64,000 nucleotides of DNA, taken from assembly GCA_026770705.1 (NCBI GenBank), contig JANJGN010000014.1:114762001-114826000 (forward strand). The letters run 5' to 3'. Shown here one piece after another: positions 49,301-62,466 of the stretch. The notes under the pieces were generated by a model, which was not told the origin of the DNA, ran no database searches, and saw nothing but the letters and a program-made list of their open reading frames with translations. Both the position numbers and the translations under genes were made by a program. The DNA is from Isurus oxyrinchus (Eukaryota). How positions within the stretch are numbered: position 1 is the first letter of the stretch; each line of letters opens with the position of its first letter.

Positions 49301-50620
49301 ATGGGTAGCCAAGGAAAAGATGTCTTCAAAACTTTCTACCTGATCATCAAAATCACCAGATCAACCAACATGAATTTTCTCAACCGAGAGCATATATTTG
49401 GTGTTTATGACAGGAAACCAATTTCTAAAAGCTGATCCAAACCTCTCAACATGTAGTCTATCTTGATATCAATGCAACGCTCTGTTGAAGCATTTCTTGC
49501 ATCACATTTCAGCATTATACTTTTGTGTCATACTTTTTGGAACAATGCAGACTCATGGAAATCTACCCAAGTATAACATTCAACAAATAAAATTGCTCAA
49601 GACCGTTTTTAAAATCCAGTCACCATTTTTTTTTTCTCTTTAACCTTTCTGAATGTCCAAAATAAAATGCGTAACAAAATGAGGACAAAACAAAATTGAA
49701 TTTAAAATCTACAGAATCTCTAACAACTCAAAAACTTGAAATTGATATTGATTTCCAGAGCTATCATTCACTCTGTTGGTTTCATTTACATAGGGCATCT
49801 GAACGTGTAGAAAAAATTCAACCAAGCATTAGTGGAATTCTAGTATACTTCTTCATGGTGTAAAAGGTTACAGAGAGCCTTTCTGAATTAGCTGAAAACA
49901 AACCGCAGAATTAAGTTTAAGATTTAAATGTTATCGACGGTTCAATATTTACCTCAAAAGGACAGAAATTTATGACACTGAGCTATGATATGTGTTGCAA
50001 ACCATCCACCTCCCCCACTCCACCCCTCCTCAACTCCATCACCACAGATTGTTGCTGGCTTTTCCTTCTCTAGCCAACATACTTTTGATGGGGGCGGGGG
50101 GTGATGGGGGGCTGGTGGGGAGAAGGGGGAAGGTGGGAAGACATGCAAGGCTTGCATATCAAGCACATAGTCCCAGCATCTGCACATTATTGCAACTTAC
50201 AACTTAGAAACCATGGATGGCATTCCTTGTAGCAGCCTTCTCTTTCTCTCCATTTCAACCCTTCAATTAGATATCCAAGATCCTGGTCTTGGCTGAGTCA
50301 ACCAGTGGAGCCTTGGTTGTGGCTGAGTCATCCAGTGGAACCTTGCTTCCAGTCTTCAGAATGATTTTGTTCTTTTAACATCACTACCATCTCGTCTGAT
50401 CTTACTACACCCATAGAAATATCCCTTTCTTCAATGTCAAGCTCCAATTTGTGATGGCAATCTTGCCAGATGATCCTTGCCGTGAAGGTGTGCCAGGGTT
50501 GTAGCAGGGTCATAGCACAGTGGAGGATATAACCTGCCAGAATACTACCTAGGGAGGTAGATACTAACCAACATGATCCTCATCTACTTCTTTTCCAAAA
50601 ATAATTACAGATATCTGGGA

Positions 50621-50807
50621 GCATATTTATCCCTCAATCAACATCACAAAAACAAATTGTCCATTGCTTTTTTGCGAGTTTGCTGTGTGCAAATTGGTTG
50701 CCCCATTTTCTGCATTACAATAGTTTCAACACTTCAGAAGCAGTTGATTGACTTAAAGCACTTTAAGATGTCATGAAACGCTCCATATGAATGCAAGTCT
50801 TTTTTTT
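50621..50807 (+). mobile_element. SacSINE1-like SINE 3' half
   Basis: atatttatccctcaatcaacatcac...gctgtgtgcaaattgg...aatgcaagtctttt. Confidence 0.8.
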
Positions 50808-52627
50808 AATAGAATGTTGAAAGATTCCAAGCATGTACAAAGGCTACCATTAACATATGTTTTGTTAATAGTTAGAAAATGGAAATAGTTTAATTAATCA
50901 CAGTTATCATAGTCAGGTATCCAAGGACACTGCTGGAGCAAAAATCTCTGCTTCCCCCACTCTACAATCATACTACCCCCAATGCCGAATGTACAACTCC
51001 TAGTTACTCACTTTTCCTATTGCTCACTCTTCACACTGCTCATTCACCACTTCAGTTACCCGCTGGCTCCATTACGCATCTTCAACCATTCAGGACCTCC
51101 ATATTCAACACATCCCTAAATGTTCACCACCCCATGCCTCTGCTCCAAATATTCGATATCCCATTACTAATCTTTGCCACTAACGCTTTCTACCACCTTT
51201 GACTGTCCTTCACTATTCCTGTATCTTGAGCCTTATTCCTTCAGTACATAATAGAACCCCCAAATCTTCATTATTTTCTATCCCCAACTACTTATTACTC
51301 CCTTCATCTATTCACTTCACCAAACCTCTTACTTAATCTAACCTGCCTCCCAAATACTTACTCAGCACTCCTCTCATGAATTTATCTTTTCATTTATCAT
51401 GAAGATTGCTGCAGAAGATATCCCTTCTTATAGAATACCCATCTCTTTTCACTGCTCATGAGTAATGCCACAGGGAATGAACTAGTATATATATATATGT
51501 ATGTCTGTGTGTATATATATATAAAAAAATGTATTTTCGTTTTTCATGTTTCCTGTGTCATAACGCAAGTATCTCACACTTATTATGAACCTAATTGGTT
51601 TAAATTTCACATTCATGCATCAGCAACAAATAGATGGAGATACAAAGAACATATGAATCTGAAGTGAGGAAAATACATGGATAAAGTTCCAAGTGAGGAC
51701 AGCTGAGAAAAATGAATCATTCTTGAATAATAAATAATCAAGCATGAACATTAATCAAATTCCACCAATAAAGTACAGCAGAAAGCAAGATCATGAAACT
51801 GTCCCATGTATTATTTTAAATTATTTTTGTTGCCATCTTGATTTTCCCACAAAGGAAATAAGGTTCCAAATATAATATTTTCTTATAAAACTTAATTATA
51901 CAAGCATTTCCTGAATTTGAAATGCCTGTAAAATCTTTTTCATTGGCGGCCTTCGTCTATGTGAGAAGTTATGAGTCTGTAGTTTTTGGGTGCATAAAAT
52001 TCAAGCCAGCTGGTTACAGTTCCCAGGCTGTACAACTTCTAGGGATATTTCTGATGGACAGTAAGACTATCCATTTGGGGAGAGACTGGGCATGCTGTTC
52101 GCTAACCCTGTCTCCCACCAATCTGGCTTAGTAATGGAAAATCACTAAAAATGAAACTGCAAAAACAATTTTCCCTGAAAGAATTGTAGGTTTCTGTATT
52201 CAAAGTGTTATTTACAGCGCATTTCATGTGAGGTAAATTAAAATTCAAACAATGCCAACATTTCAAAAGTGGAATCCTTATATTCTGTAACAAATCCTTT
52301 CCTTAGATGCAGTCCTTTCATTAATGCTTATATATAAAATGAGTATTCATGTTAACAAGTAATGGGCCTTCAAATAAAAGCCTTAAATTTAAAATGTTTT
52401 TATCAAAAGGTTCCCCTTAAACACAGTAAAGAGCAATTTCAACCTTGTGTGCCCAGCAAAAACTGCAAGCAGTTTAACATAGTTAAAATTGAATGTGGGA
52501 CTCACCCACTGATCATACAGGTTGCGATTTTGTTCTGCTTTTCTGAGCAGGCAAAGACACCTGCCAGAAATTGTTGAGGTCCTTCTGTAAGTATGCAGGT
52601 TGGACTCTATTGACTTCATTGAAACCT

Positions 52628-52980
52628 GACTGCCATTTTAACCAAGGTCCTGGGCAGGGAAGTAATTGTGGTTTTTCTGACAGGAAGAGGATATGGGGCC
52701 AGAGGAGGCCCAAGTAGATAAGCCGCTTAATTTCTTTTCACTTTTCTTGTGGGGTGAGGGTAGTTCAGGCCTCCGCTGACCCACGCCCACCTTGTGATCG
52801 ATTTCATGTGTCAGGGACTATTTCTTCAGTCTATGGCACTGGTCTCCTGCTCCCTGACACTGCACTCCTCCCAATGGCAAACTGATGAGGCCCAGAAGTT
52901 AAAATGTCCCAAGCCTCAAGCTTGCCAGCCTCCTTGGCCTGCCTACTCACCTCCCAATCCCCACCCGAGTTAAAATTGAA
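52628..52980. mobile_element. Possible old Harbinger-type MITE
   Basis: GC-richer block bounded by ccattttaac ... gttaaaattg. Confidence 0.4.
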
Positions 52981-55099
52981 ACTTATTGCTGCAGAGTTGT
53001 TTGGTAACAAAGGAAACATGCAAATATTAAGATCGATCCAAAGTCTGACATATTTTATATTCTCATTGCTATGGAAAGTTTAAACAATGGAGAATAAAGT
53101 CCTGATTTTCCAAAGTTTTGCTGGTAACTCACTGGGGAAGATAGAGACTTTGGCTTGACCTTTTACCAGCCATGAAGGTGAAGGGCCCTTGAAGATCTGA
53201 GCTGATTTTAGATGTGTTTCAAATTTTGAGTTTCGGCAGTTTCTGCAGAAATTGACATTTAACCACAAAGTGAAATCTTAAATACAAGATGGAACTCAAA
53301 GACAACTTCCACTGCGTGTAGCTTCTTTGACTGAAGCAACCATTCCTGGTCCATATTGTGGTCACAGCACAAAATACCTGGCTCAGAGGTAAAGAGCTGC
53401 TCCTCATACAGATATAGAAATGAATTTATGCATGCATGGTATGTGAGCTGGACATTATTTATTTATCTGCTTGCAGTTGGGAAGGACAATACTATTTATT
53501 TTCTAGGGACCAATTTAAAAAGTACCTTACTTGTATTTGGGAAGATCCCTTGTCAACTTCTTTCCCACTTCCTCCACTATCATGTCCACACCTCCTCCCC
53601 CATCCCCTTTCTAACAGCAAAGCTAATGATGACGCCTTGGGGGATCTGTTCCTTTTGTAAATGTGTCATCCACAGTGCTGAGATGAAGGATAACATTAAA
53701 CAGCATGAACTGAGTTGCATTCTACAATAAGCCCAATCATGCATTGGACCAAACAATGAGTATCATAGGACTATATCATTACTGAAATAAGATTTCTGTT
53801 GTACCTTTGGGAATCTTGCATGGGGCATGTAAAGAAACAGACCTAGTCAAGCATCTTTTCAACAGATATTCAATGAGATAATAAGACCTTGGCTTTAGTT
53901 TCCTGGCACAAACTTGAGTACCAATTTTGTTGGTCTGTGGTGCTAAAATGAAATAAAATGAGAGGGAAGAGAAAAAAATCAAATAAGATACAAAGCAAAC
54001 TTCTCAATGTATTTTCTGGCACCTTGTCATTGTGCTTAGTGCTGCTGTGAAAATAGAATTAGATTCTATGCAGGCCAACTTTGATTGAATGATTAAAATC
54101 TTGGGGTAATTAACAGGAATATGTAAGCAATTATGTATCTGAAGAGGGAGGGAGAGAAAATCACGAAAGGGGAAAAAGCAAGATGGTGAGGAAAAGACAA
54201 AGTTCAGCTTTTACTGAGTTTTAAGTATTGCCAAAAGGGCTATAAAGGTCATGCAGGATGTATTATTGCATGCACAGGTTACTTAAACTCCAAGGGACAA
54301 CACTTTAACGTTTCTATCTAGCAAATGTCAGTCAGTATTTATTTTACCCTTTGGCTACAGTTTAAGTATCAGTCCTTTAATAACATTTCACACTATCCAG
54401 TGTTTCAAAGACCAACAATACACAAATTTGACCATTTTGGAGATTGACAGTGTTAAAATATTGACCAATTTATAAATAATAATGCTCAAACCCCAAGGAT
54501 ATCATTACATCATCAAATTCACTAACTTTAATGCCAAGGTAAAAAAACTTTAGCTCCTACAAGCAGGGAATTATAGTTGATAATTCTTTTATTCTTGCCC
54601 TTTGGCTTCAAACACTTATCAGAACTTCAACTTCAGTAAATACTTTGATGGCAATATACATTGAGAGTCTTTTCTGTTAATACTAAGGAATGGAATATTT
54701 TTCTACTTTTGTGAGTTAGCAAGAAGTACTCTCTTGACAGATACACCATGGTAAAGTTCCCAATCAAACTGAGCAGAAGCCCTACTGCAACATTGTGACA
54801 TTGCCATTTCCTCCACTATCTTTACCATCTCTCTGATCAAGATTGACAATTTAATAACCAGTAGCGCTGAAGACTGGGCAATCAGATGCCCTGTATGAAT
54901 CTACTGTGGACTGTATTTAGAATGGTCATGCCTATTTTACTTGTTCATTTGTTAATAACTTGCATTCATATAGTGCCATTAACATTGTAAATATCCAAAG
55001 GCACTTACTTAAATTGTAAGAAATCCAAAAACTTAAAAGATAGAGCACTACTGTAAAATGTGAGCATCTTTACTAGGATCACAAAAACTAATGGTCACT

Positions 55100-55431
55100 T
55101 AGAAAAAAAGAAACTGTATTTAAATCGTGCCTTTTTCAGAGCCAATTGTCCAAATTACTTTTGAGGTGTAGTCACTGTCATTTTGGAGGCAAACGTGGCA
55201 GCCAATTTGTGTACAATAAAGCTCACAAACAGTGAAATGACTAGATAATCTGCTTTTAGAGATGCTAACTGAGGAAATGGAACTCTTCAAATAATATCAT
55301 TGGTTCCTTTATGTCCACCTAAATGGGGCAGGAGGATCCTTGGCTTAACATCTCATCTGAAAGACAGCAGCTCCAACGATGCAGCACTCTTGGACTGAAG
55401 TGTCAGCCTAGATTGTGTACTACATTCCTTG
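55100..55431 (-). mobile_element. SacSINE1-like SINE body; head apparently displaced to 58615-58670
   Basis: Reverse complement of the Deu domain and tail: ttttgaggtgtagtcactgt...ggcagccaatttg...aacatctcatctgaaagacagc...gtgtcagcctagatt. Confidence 0.8.
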
Positions 55432-55439
55432 TGGGGCGG

Positions 55440-58400
55440 GGTGGAGAATGGAAGTGTCAGAGTGAGGAATTGTGGGTGTTGGTGTATGCGGAGTTGAGGA
55501 GGGGTTATAGAAGCAAAAATTGTGGGCATTTTGGGAACTCAGCGGGAACCTGATGACATCCGTATTTAACTGTTGTGCATTTCTAAGCACCCAGGAAAAT
55601 GTTATGAAACCAGCCGATCTGAGATATAAAATTGCAAGAAGTAAATCGATTCCACCTTTAACCCTGGATTCTGGCCTTAACTGATAGTGCATGGGTTTCC
55701 TGGGCAGTGTGAAATTCAGCGGGTTAACAAGGCGAGAGCACATCTGTGAATGATGGGGTTAACTAACTGAGAGGCTGAAAAACCCTTAAATATCAAACTA
55801 TGATAGCTGTTTCTTTACCTATGTGAAAGATCTTTTCTCAAAGAAGTTGTTCCAAGAGTGTGCTTTCACTGCTTTGGGGGTGATTTCCAAGACTTTGGAG
55901 GTCATTTCTTCTATATTGGACTTTTCTGGCTTCGATGTCAACATCCCAGTCACCCTTTGCAGCAGCATGGAGGCTGTTTATGCAGCTTTATCTTGGGCCT
56001 TTGGTGAGGAACAGGGGGAGCAGCATTGTTAATACCAGCAGCAGCAATGGCAGTTGCTTTCTCCTCAGCTATCTGCCACTCCACTGGACTAAGGGGGTGA
56101 GCACAGTGCTCCAGCTCGCAAGAGGTGATATCATCAACACATGGTATTAGAGACAGAGGATTAGGTTTCTGGACATAGCTGAGAATGAGTGCCTCAGGAA
56201 GTTCAGACTTTGGTCACTGCTGACATCTTCAGCCTCTGAGAACAATACCTCCTTCTGAGTGGACCAGCTGGGCATATATTACCAGTGCCAAGTTCGCCAT
56301 TTTGCCTCCAGCCCCTTCCAGGAATTTGTTAATGAAATTTGCAGGATATTGCAATCTCCTGTGAACAGGTGCATTCCTCAGGTGAACTAATGCCATGTTT
56401 GCCAGAGTCGACAATTATGTCCACTCTGCTACTGATGACGTCTGCCAGAATGAGAGGGCCGCCTGATATGCTACTCTGGCTGAATTATAGGGAGTCACAG
56501 GTTGCACCCATGCGGCAATCAAACCGCCCTTAGATCAACCTGCAGGACTCGCCAATTGATAAGGATTCAAATCCATTAATGTTCAGGTGGCATGTAACCA
56601 CCAGGAAATTATCATGCACATCTATACAAGATACCCAGAAAGTTGCCATGATGCTCACATTCTGCACCAGGCAAGTCTACTACAGATCTTCGCACTTCCA
56701 AGCAGAGAGAGCGGATGTTTCTTTGGAAACAAGGTCTACACTCGAAGGATGTAATTGATTACATCTATGAGGATTCCCACTATTGATGCACAGGAAAGGT
56801 ACAACTGAAGCCACATGAGCACAAGAGTGATCACTGAGCAAATTATTAGGTTGCTGAAGATGAGATTCAGGATAGATATGGGGGTTAAGTATGCAGCAGC
56901 AAGGGTGTCATGAATGATAGTGGTCTGCTGCACCTTGTATAACTTAGTATAGTAAATTGGAGTTGCAGGAGAAGGAAGGTAACAACCAATCTGCATCTTT
57001 AGAAAAGGACAAGGAGGAGGAAGAGAAGAGACAACAGGAGGAGGAGAAGCCTGATCTTGCCGAAGTCTCTACAGCTGCTCAACAAACTGCCAGCATGTCC
57101 AGGACAGATTGATGAAAGCATGATTCAGCCAACCTGAGATTATGCAGCCATAACGAGGCTGTACCCACTGAACACCGAGTCCCAAGCCACCCTACACAAA
57201 ACATTCCCATACTCAATCATCCTGCCATTTCAGTAACATATAAGCTCACTTTCCACTCATGCCATATTATTTACTTCAAGGCTGATGGACACTTGACAGG
57301 TGAAAGGTTTAATTGAAAATGAATGGAAGTTTGATAAAGTTTATGGTACATAAATATTGACAGTAAAAGTGACAATCTAACAACCATGTGATTTCCCTTG
57401 TGAAATGACAGTCTTTATCTTCCTTTTCCTATTACTCCTACATGGTGCAAGCCAGAGCTAGAGGCAGACTGCTGGTTCCCCAGCTACTGTTCAGATGACA
57501 CCCTCTAGGATTTGGGGCTCGTTTAAGACTCAGCCATTGGGGTAGGGGTTAGCATGTGGGGCTCTAACTGAGGGTGGAAGGGGCAAGGAGGGAGCATTGG
57601 GAGCACCATGAACTGATTCCCAATTTCCATATGCCCTTTTGTCATTTTCCCACCTGCGCTTTCTATTATACAAGAGTCAATGAATACTTTGCTGCGCTTC
57701 CGTGAGGTGTTGAATGGACATGGTAAAGGTTTAGCCCACACTATTTAAGCTGGCAGATGTAGTATGCAGGCCAGCATGAAGCCCGTGAGCTTCCATGTCT
57801 GTTGTTCCATGCAGGAGGCCATCTTTTCTATGAAGGCAGGCACCAGTGTAAAGGCCCGAGGCATCATGGTACTTATGTTAGAGACAGACTCCTCCAATCT
57901 CTCTCCAATGGTGTACAGGACCTCTGACAGAGCCTCACACACTTTCTGCTATTGCTCCAGAATTGCCCCATTATTGATGGTCTCTGAGCCCAGCATCTGC
58001 ATCCAGCTGAACAAAGCTTGGAGGGTCTTGTACCCTCCGATGGGTATTATTCCAATGCTGTCTCTCTCTCCAACACCTATGCCTGTTTTCTTGTGGTGTG
58101 TGGCTCACTGTGTGACAACCTAACTACCAGTCCTGGAGGCCCCTCTGAGGTGTGGTTCTGAGCTGGTGCACATTAGCTTAGAGCATTTTCTGAGGAGTCT
58201 TTGTCCTTTTACACTAGCTCCAATATTACACTATTTCTCAGCTGGCCCTAATAGCCCATTGCCTGATCTCCAGGGATGCCTCCAAGAGGGTGAGTGTGGG
58301 GAGGAGGGGGATGGTGTTGGCACCCTTCCCATATTGAGACTCTATCAGTATGATGTTGACTCTCTCCTGACAACTGTAAAAATAATCCATTATTGTGCCA

Positions 58401-58614
58401 GGGTCGCTTTAAATCCCAGGGCTTGAACACTCAGGTGCGAGTCAGCATTACGTCCACACACTTGCTCTGATTGGTTGAGAAACCTTGACGTGGGATATTA
58501 ATGCCATGCTCGAGTTGAAGAGCCACAGCAAAATCTGCTCCATTACCTTTCAGGTTTCCAACCCGCTACCAGCCTCCTCTGCTGTGGGCGGATTCGGTTG
58601 TTAAAATTCGGCCT
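55440..58614. mobile_element. Second, older Harbinger family element (~3.2 kb)
   Basis: Transposase remnant on +, second gene remnant on - (ORF 57745-57942, coiled-coil-like), and right TIR gttaaaattcggcct. The left end is uncertain (55432-55470). Confidence 0.8.
55960..57125 (+). pseudogene. HARBI1-like transposase, heavily decayed but nearly full length
   Basis: RQRIRFLDIAENECLRKFRL, GCTHAAIKPP, GFKSINVQVAC, RYPESCHDAHIL, ERYN.SHMSTRVITEQIIRLLKMRF, IVVCCTLYNL and an acidic tail. Confidence 0.85.
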
Positions 58615-59199
58615 CTGCTGTAGAGCTTGAACCTACTAATCCAGGGGAAAGGCTACTACCAGATCAGGTTGCCTTCGTTGTTGCGGCACTCAGATTACAG
58701 GAACTTTCTGTTCAGTTGAGGCTATGGTGGTCAGGGAACCACCTTCGAATCAAAGGCACTACTTTGCGCTTGGTTTTAGACCTGGTGTTAGTTTCCCCAA
58801 AAACTAATTTCCATTTCATTGCAAGAATTATGAATTTTTAAAAATACCATGTGTGCCAAATTGACTTTCGGCATGTCAGCAACAATTTGCTTTACACATC
58901 ACAGGGAATACATTGGGCAGCATATGATTGTAAGTCTGGTCAAGTGATATTGTTTTTCTCATCTATGTTTGTTTACCTTTTAATTTTTTTTATTCACTAT
59001 CACCTGCTGAAAAACAATTTGAATACACATTGGAAATCTGCATTCAGCAGGATAGGGCTTAAAGAGTTAATAATTTGAAGTATTTCCTAATTCTTATCAG
59101 GTTTCTGTGATTGGGCAAATTTGGAAACTTGACAGTACAAATAAATGACAAAATTTCTAGGTGGAATTTTAGGAGATATGTCTAGCCCATAGCCATTAC

Positions 59200-59615
59200 T
59201 AATAGAGTGTTTGCAACAGATCAGTTTATTTTCTTTTCCTCACGCATTCCCTATCACTCCTTTCCTAAAGCTCATGTGGCCATTCTTCAAGTGTGAATCT
59301 AGACAGTGAGTTTCCCACAATATAAAATAGGTTCCACTGTTATTTACAGTGACATCAGAGGCAAACAGAACATAGCACACTAAACATCTGAGTCATGGCC
59401 CAGCAGTGTGATCCTTTGCAAACTTTTGTTTCAAATTTTTTGAGGTTTTGTGCTGCTAGCTAATGTTCACTAAGGTTTGCGTTAAAACTGCCTGAACTGA
59501 AATTACATAGGAACTATTTAGAGGGACTTTCATCCCATCAATCTGGGTTTGATTCAAATCCATGACCCAGAGATGAAAGTACAGTATGCTTTCCCACTGC
59601 ACCACCCAATCCCCA
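59200..59615 (-). mobile_element. Possible ancient tRNA-SINE remnant
   Basis: Minus-strand head gggtggtgcagtggga...tgggtcatggatttgaatc with A/B-box-like motifs. Confidence 0.4.
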
Positions 59616-60430
59616 TATCATTAACCTCTAGTCACTCACTGCTTGAAAGTGTTTCCAGGCCATAATAACTACACAGTGACATTCTTGTTAATCACATTTA
59701 CGTTTCACTGCCAGAATTTAACATTCCCTAAAATGGCCTATAGATAAAGAGAGGGGGCACCTATTCTTGGAAACGTTGTAAGAGACAATTGACCTCTCAT
59801 TCATTCAGGGAAGTAACAACTGCAAAAATGTAAGAGCACACATTATTGAATTAGAAAAGGTTCAAATACTGGATGCATTTGGAGAGTTGGCAACAGTTTC
59901 CCTTTAAAGCTCAGACCTAACCAGAAGAATGTGCAGTATGCAGTGTGCAGGAATGATGAGGAACAGAAGAACTGTGCACTCAGCATTCTGAAGTATTATG
60001 AGCTGGCATCTGAACCATTGCCAAGTTAATAGACATTGAAAGATAATGACTTTGAAATTGTGTGTTAAATTGAGTTTTTGTTTTGCACATTTTTGACCTA
60101 ATTGACAAGGTTTACCATTTTGCAGAGTTAAATTAATGGGATTCTTTTTATGTTAAAGTTTCATTCAAATAGCTACTAAAATTACAGCGATGTAAACTGG
60201 TCCAGTAAAAAGCTATTAATGAATTAATGCTACCGTACGTTGTTTTAGCTAATAAAATACGAAATGATATTCAGAAAAGCACTGCAGCTTAAGTTTCCAG
60301 CTGCCTTGGCATTTCAGGTTACGGTTTCACTTTTGCCAAGAAGCACATGCTTCCCATTGGGAATCCAGTTGGATTTTGGAATTGTTTTATGTTACTCTAT
60401 TATATCTTATAAATACAGTAAAAACTCAGA

Positions 60431-61119
60431 GGGCAGGATTTCCCGGTCGGCGGTGGGGGCAGGACCCGCATGCGGACACGTAAAGTGACGCGGGATGATG
60501 TCAGGCGGAATTCCCAACGTCACCCCGCGTCATTTCAACTTTCAGGTCAGCGGGGGCGCTCTGAATCAGCTGTGTGCTCGCCGACCTGTCAATGGCCAGT
60601 TAAGGCCATTTAAAAACTAATTGCACTAGTTAAAGGACCTGCCCGTCCAACCTTAAGGTTGTTGGGCAGGCCGGGAGCCCTGGCGGCCTTCAGAAAAAAC
60701 ATGAAACCTCATCCACTGAGAGGAAGAGGTTTCATGTAGGTTTTCAAAAATTTTGTAAAAGTTTAGTTAAAAGTGATGGACATGTTCCAACTCATGTGAC
60801 AGTGTCACATGAGGGCACATGTCAGGGAAATTTTATTTTTCTATATTTAACATATTTGAATTTGGTGCTGATCTCCCTGAGGCAGCACTTAGCCTCAGGA
60901 AGATGAGTGCGCTCTTTTGCATGCATGCACGAAAGAGCGCACTCTCAGCTTAGGGAATTCCCCCCCCCCCTGCCTACACAGGGAGCACATAGCACTTCCT
61001 GGCAGACATCACGCTGAGCGGGCCTTAATTGGCCCACCCACGTAAAATGGCAGCTGGAGGCGCACCTGCACATGCCCGATACTGAACCTCCCCGCCGACA
61101 GGGGGAGAAAGTTCTGCCC
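60431..61119. mobile_element. Non-autonomous Harbinger-type element (689 bp)
   Basis: TIRs GGGCAGGATTTC / GAAAGTTCTGCCC, subterminal gtcggcgg/ccgccgac, and flanks aga/aaa. Confidence 0.85.
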
Positions 61120-61130
61120 AAAGAATTCAG

Positions 61131-61500
61131 GGGAGACGGTGGTTTTTAGTGGTAATGTCACTGGACCAGTAAGCCATAGGCCCTGGCTGATGGTTTGCCA
61201 CGGCAGCTGCTGGAATTTAAATTCAATTAATAACATTTGAAATTGAAAGCTAGTCTCAGTTATAGTGACCATAAACTAACGATTGTTGTAAAACCCCTTT
61301 GGTTCACTAATATTCTTTAGGTAAGGAAATCTGCCATCCTTATCTGGTCTGACATACATGTGATACCAGATCCACAGTAATGTGTTTGGCTCTTAGCTTC
61401 CCTCTGAAATGGCCTAGCAAACCACTCAGTTCAAGGGCAGTTGGGCATAGGTAACATATGCTGGCCTTGTCAGTGACACCCACATCCCATGAAAGAATTA
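61131..61500 (+). mobile_element. tRNA-SINE (family B partner)
   Basis: Homologous to 3151-3460, with a complete LINE-B-derived tail. Confidence 0.85.
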
Positions 61501-61993
61501 AGTTTTTAAAATTCCATACGATTCTTCAGAATAATGGAAGCAATGTATGCTTACAGTTGTAACAACACACAAACAATTCTGATACTGTAAATTGACAGTA
61601 TCCTTATTATCCTTATGCATATAACTTTCAGGCATAACTTACGTAATCCTTGAAAGGTATCTACAAGCCCTACATGCTATCCTATTGCATGCAAGTATCC
61701 TTTTATACAAACATTAGTTGATTGCATTTAAAAATATTTCACTACACATTTTTACCCTGATTATATTCATCAAAATAATTCTGATAGAACTCTTCCATTT
61801 CTAAAGTATTGCAGAAATCTAAAGGCTCTGCATATCATCATATGAATATGTCCATCTACCATCTGAACGAAGGTTCGCTCTTTAATTTGTTCATTCCTTG
61901 TTTAACCTGCTGTATACCTTTATTTTTGGAGGTAAATATATATTTTTTGGAAAGTATACATCACTGATGCTGAAATTTTATTTTGCTCTGATT

Positions 61994-62191
61994 ATTTTTA
62001 TTCTTTCATGGGATGTGGGCATCGCTGACGAAGCCAGCATTTGTTGCCCATCCCTAGTTGCCCTTGAACTGAGAGGCTTGCCACACCATTTCAGAGGACA
62101 GTTAAGAGTCAACCATATTGCTGTGGGTCTGGAGTCATATGTAAGCCAGACCAGATAAGGATGGCAGATTTCCCTCCTAAAGGACATTAAT
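61994..62191 (-). mobile_element. tRNA-SINE 3' half (family B partner)
   Basis: Reverse complement of about 61300-61500. Confidence 0.85.
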
Positions 62192-62351
62192 GCATTTGCT
62201 GTGCAATATGCAAGATTTCTACAGGGTCTACTTAGAATTTTGGTATTGACTGTGCCTTTAATTGGTAATGGCCATAGATTATTTTCAAGAACAAATCATT
62301 ATTGGCATTGAAATTTGAAAAAAAATGTTTTTTCTGAATTTTACAGACACA

Positions 62352-62466
62352 CAACGTTCCCTGTAAGCTGTACAACAACACAAAAGTCCCAAACAGGCCA
62401 TGCACAAGTTGGTCCTTTTAAGATATCACCTGTGCACTATTGCACAAAAAACTTAAAGGGACCATG
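62352..62466. mobile_element. Possible small old MITE
   Basis: caacgttccctgtaagct ... aacttaaagggaccatg inverted termini; no clean TSD. Confidence 0.35.
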
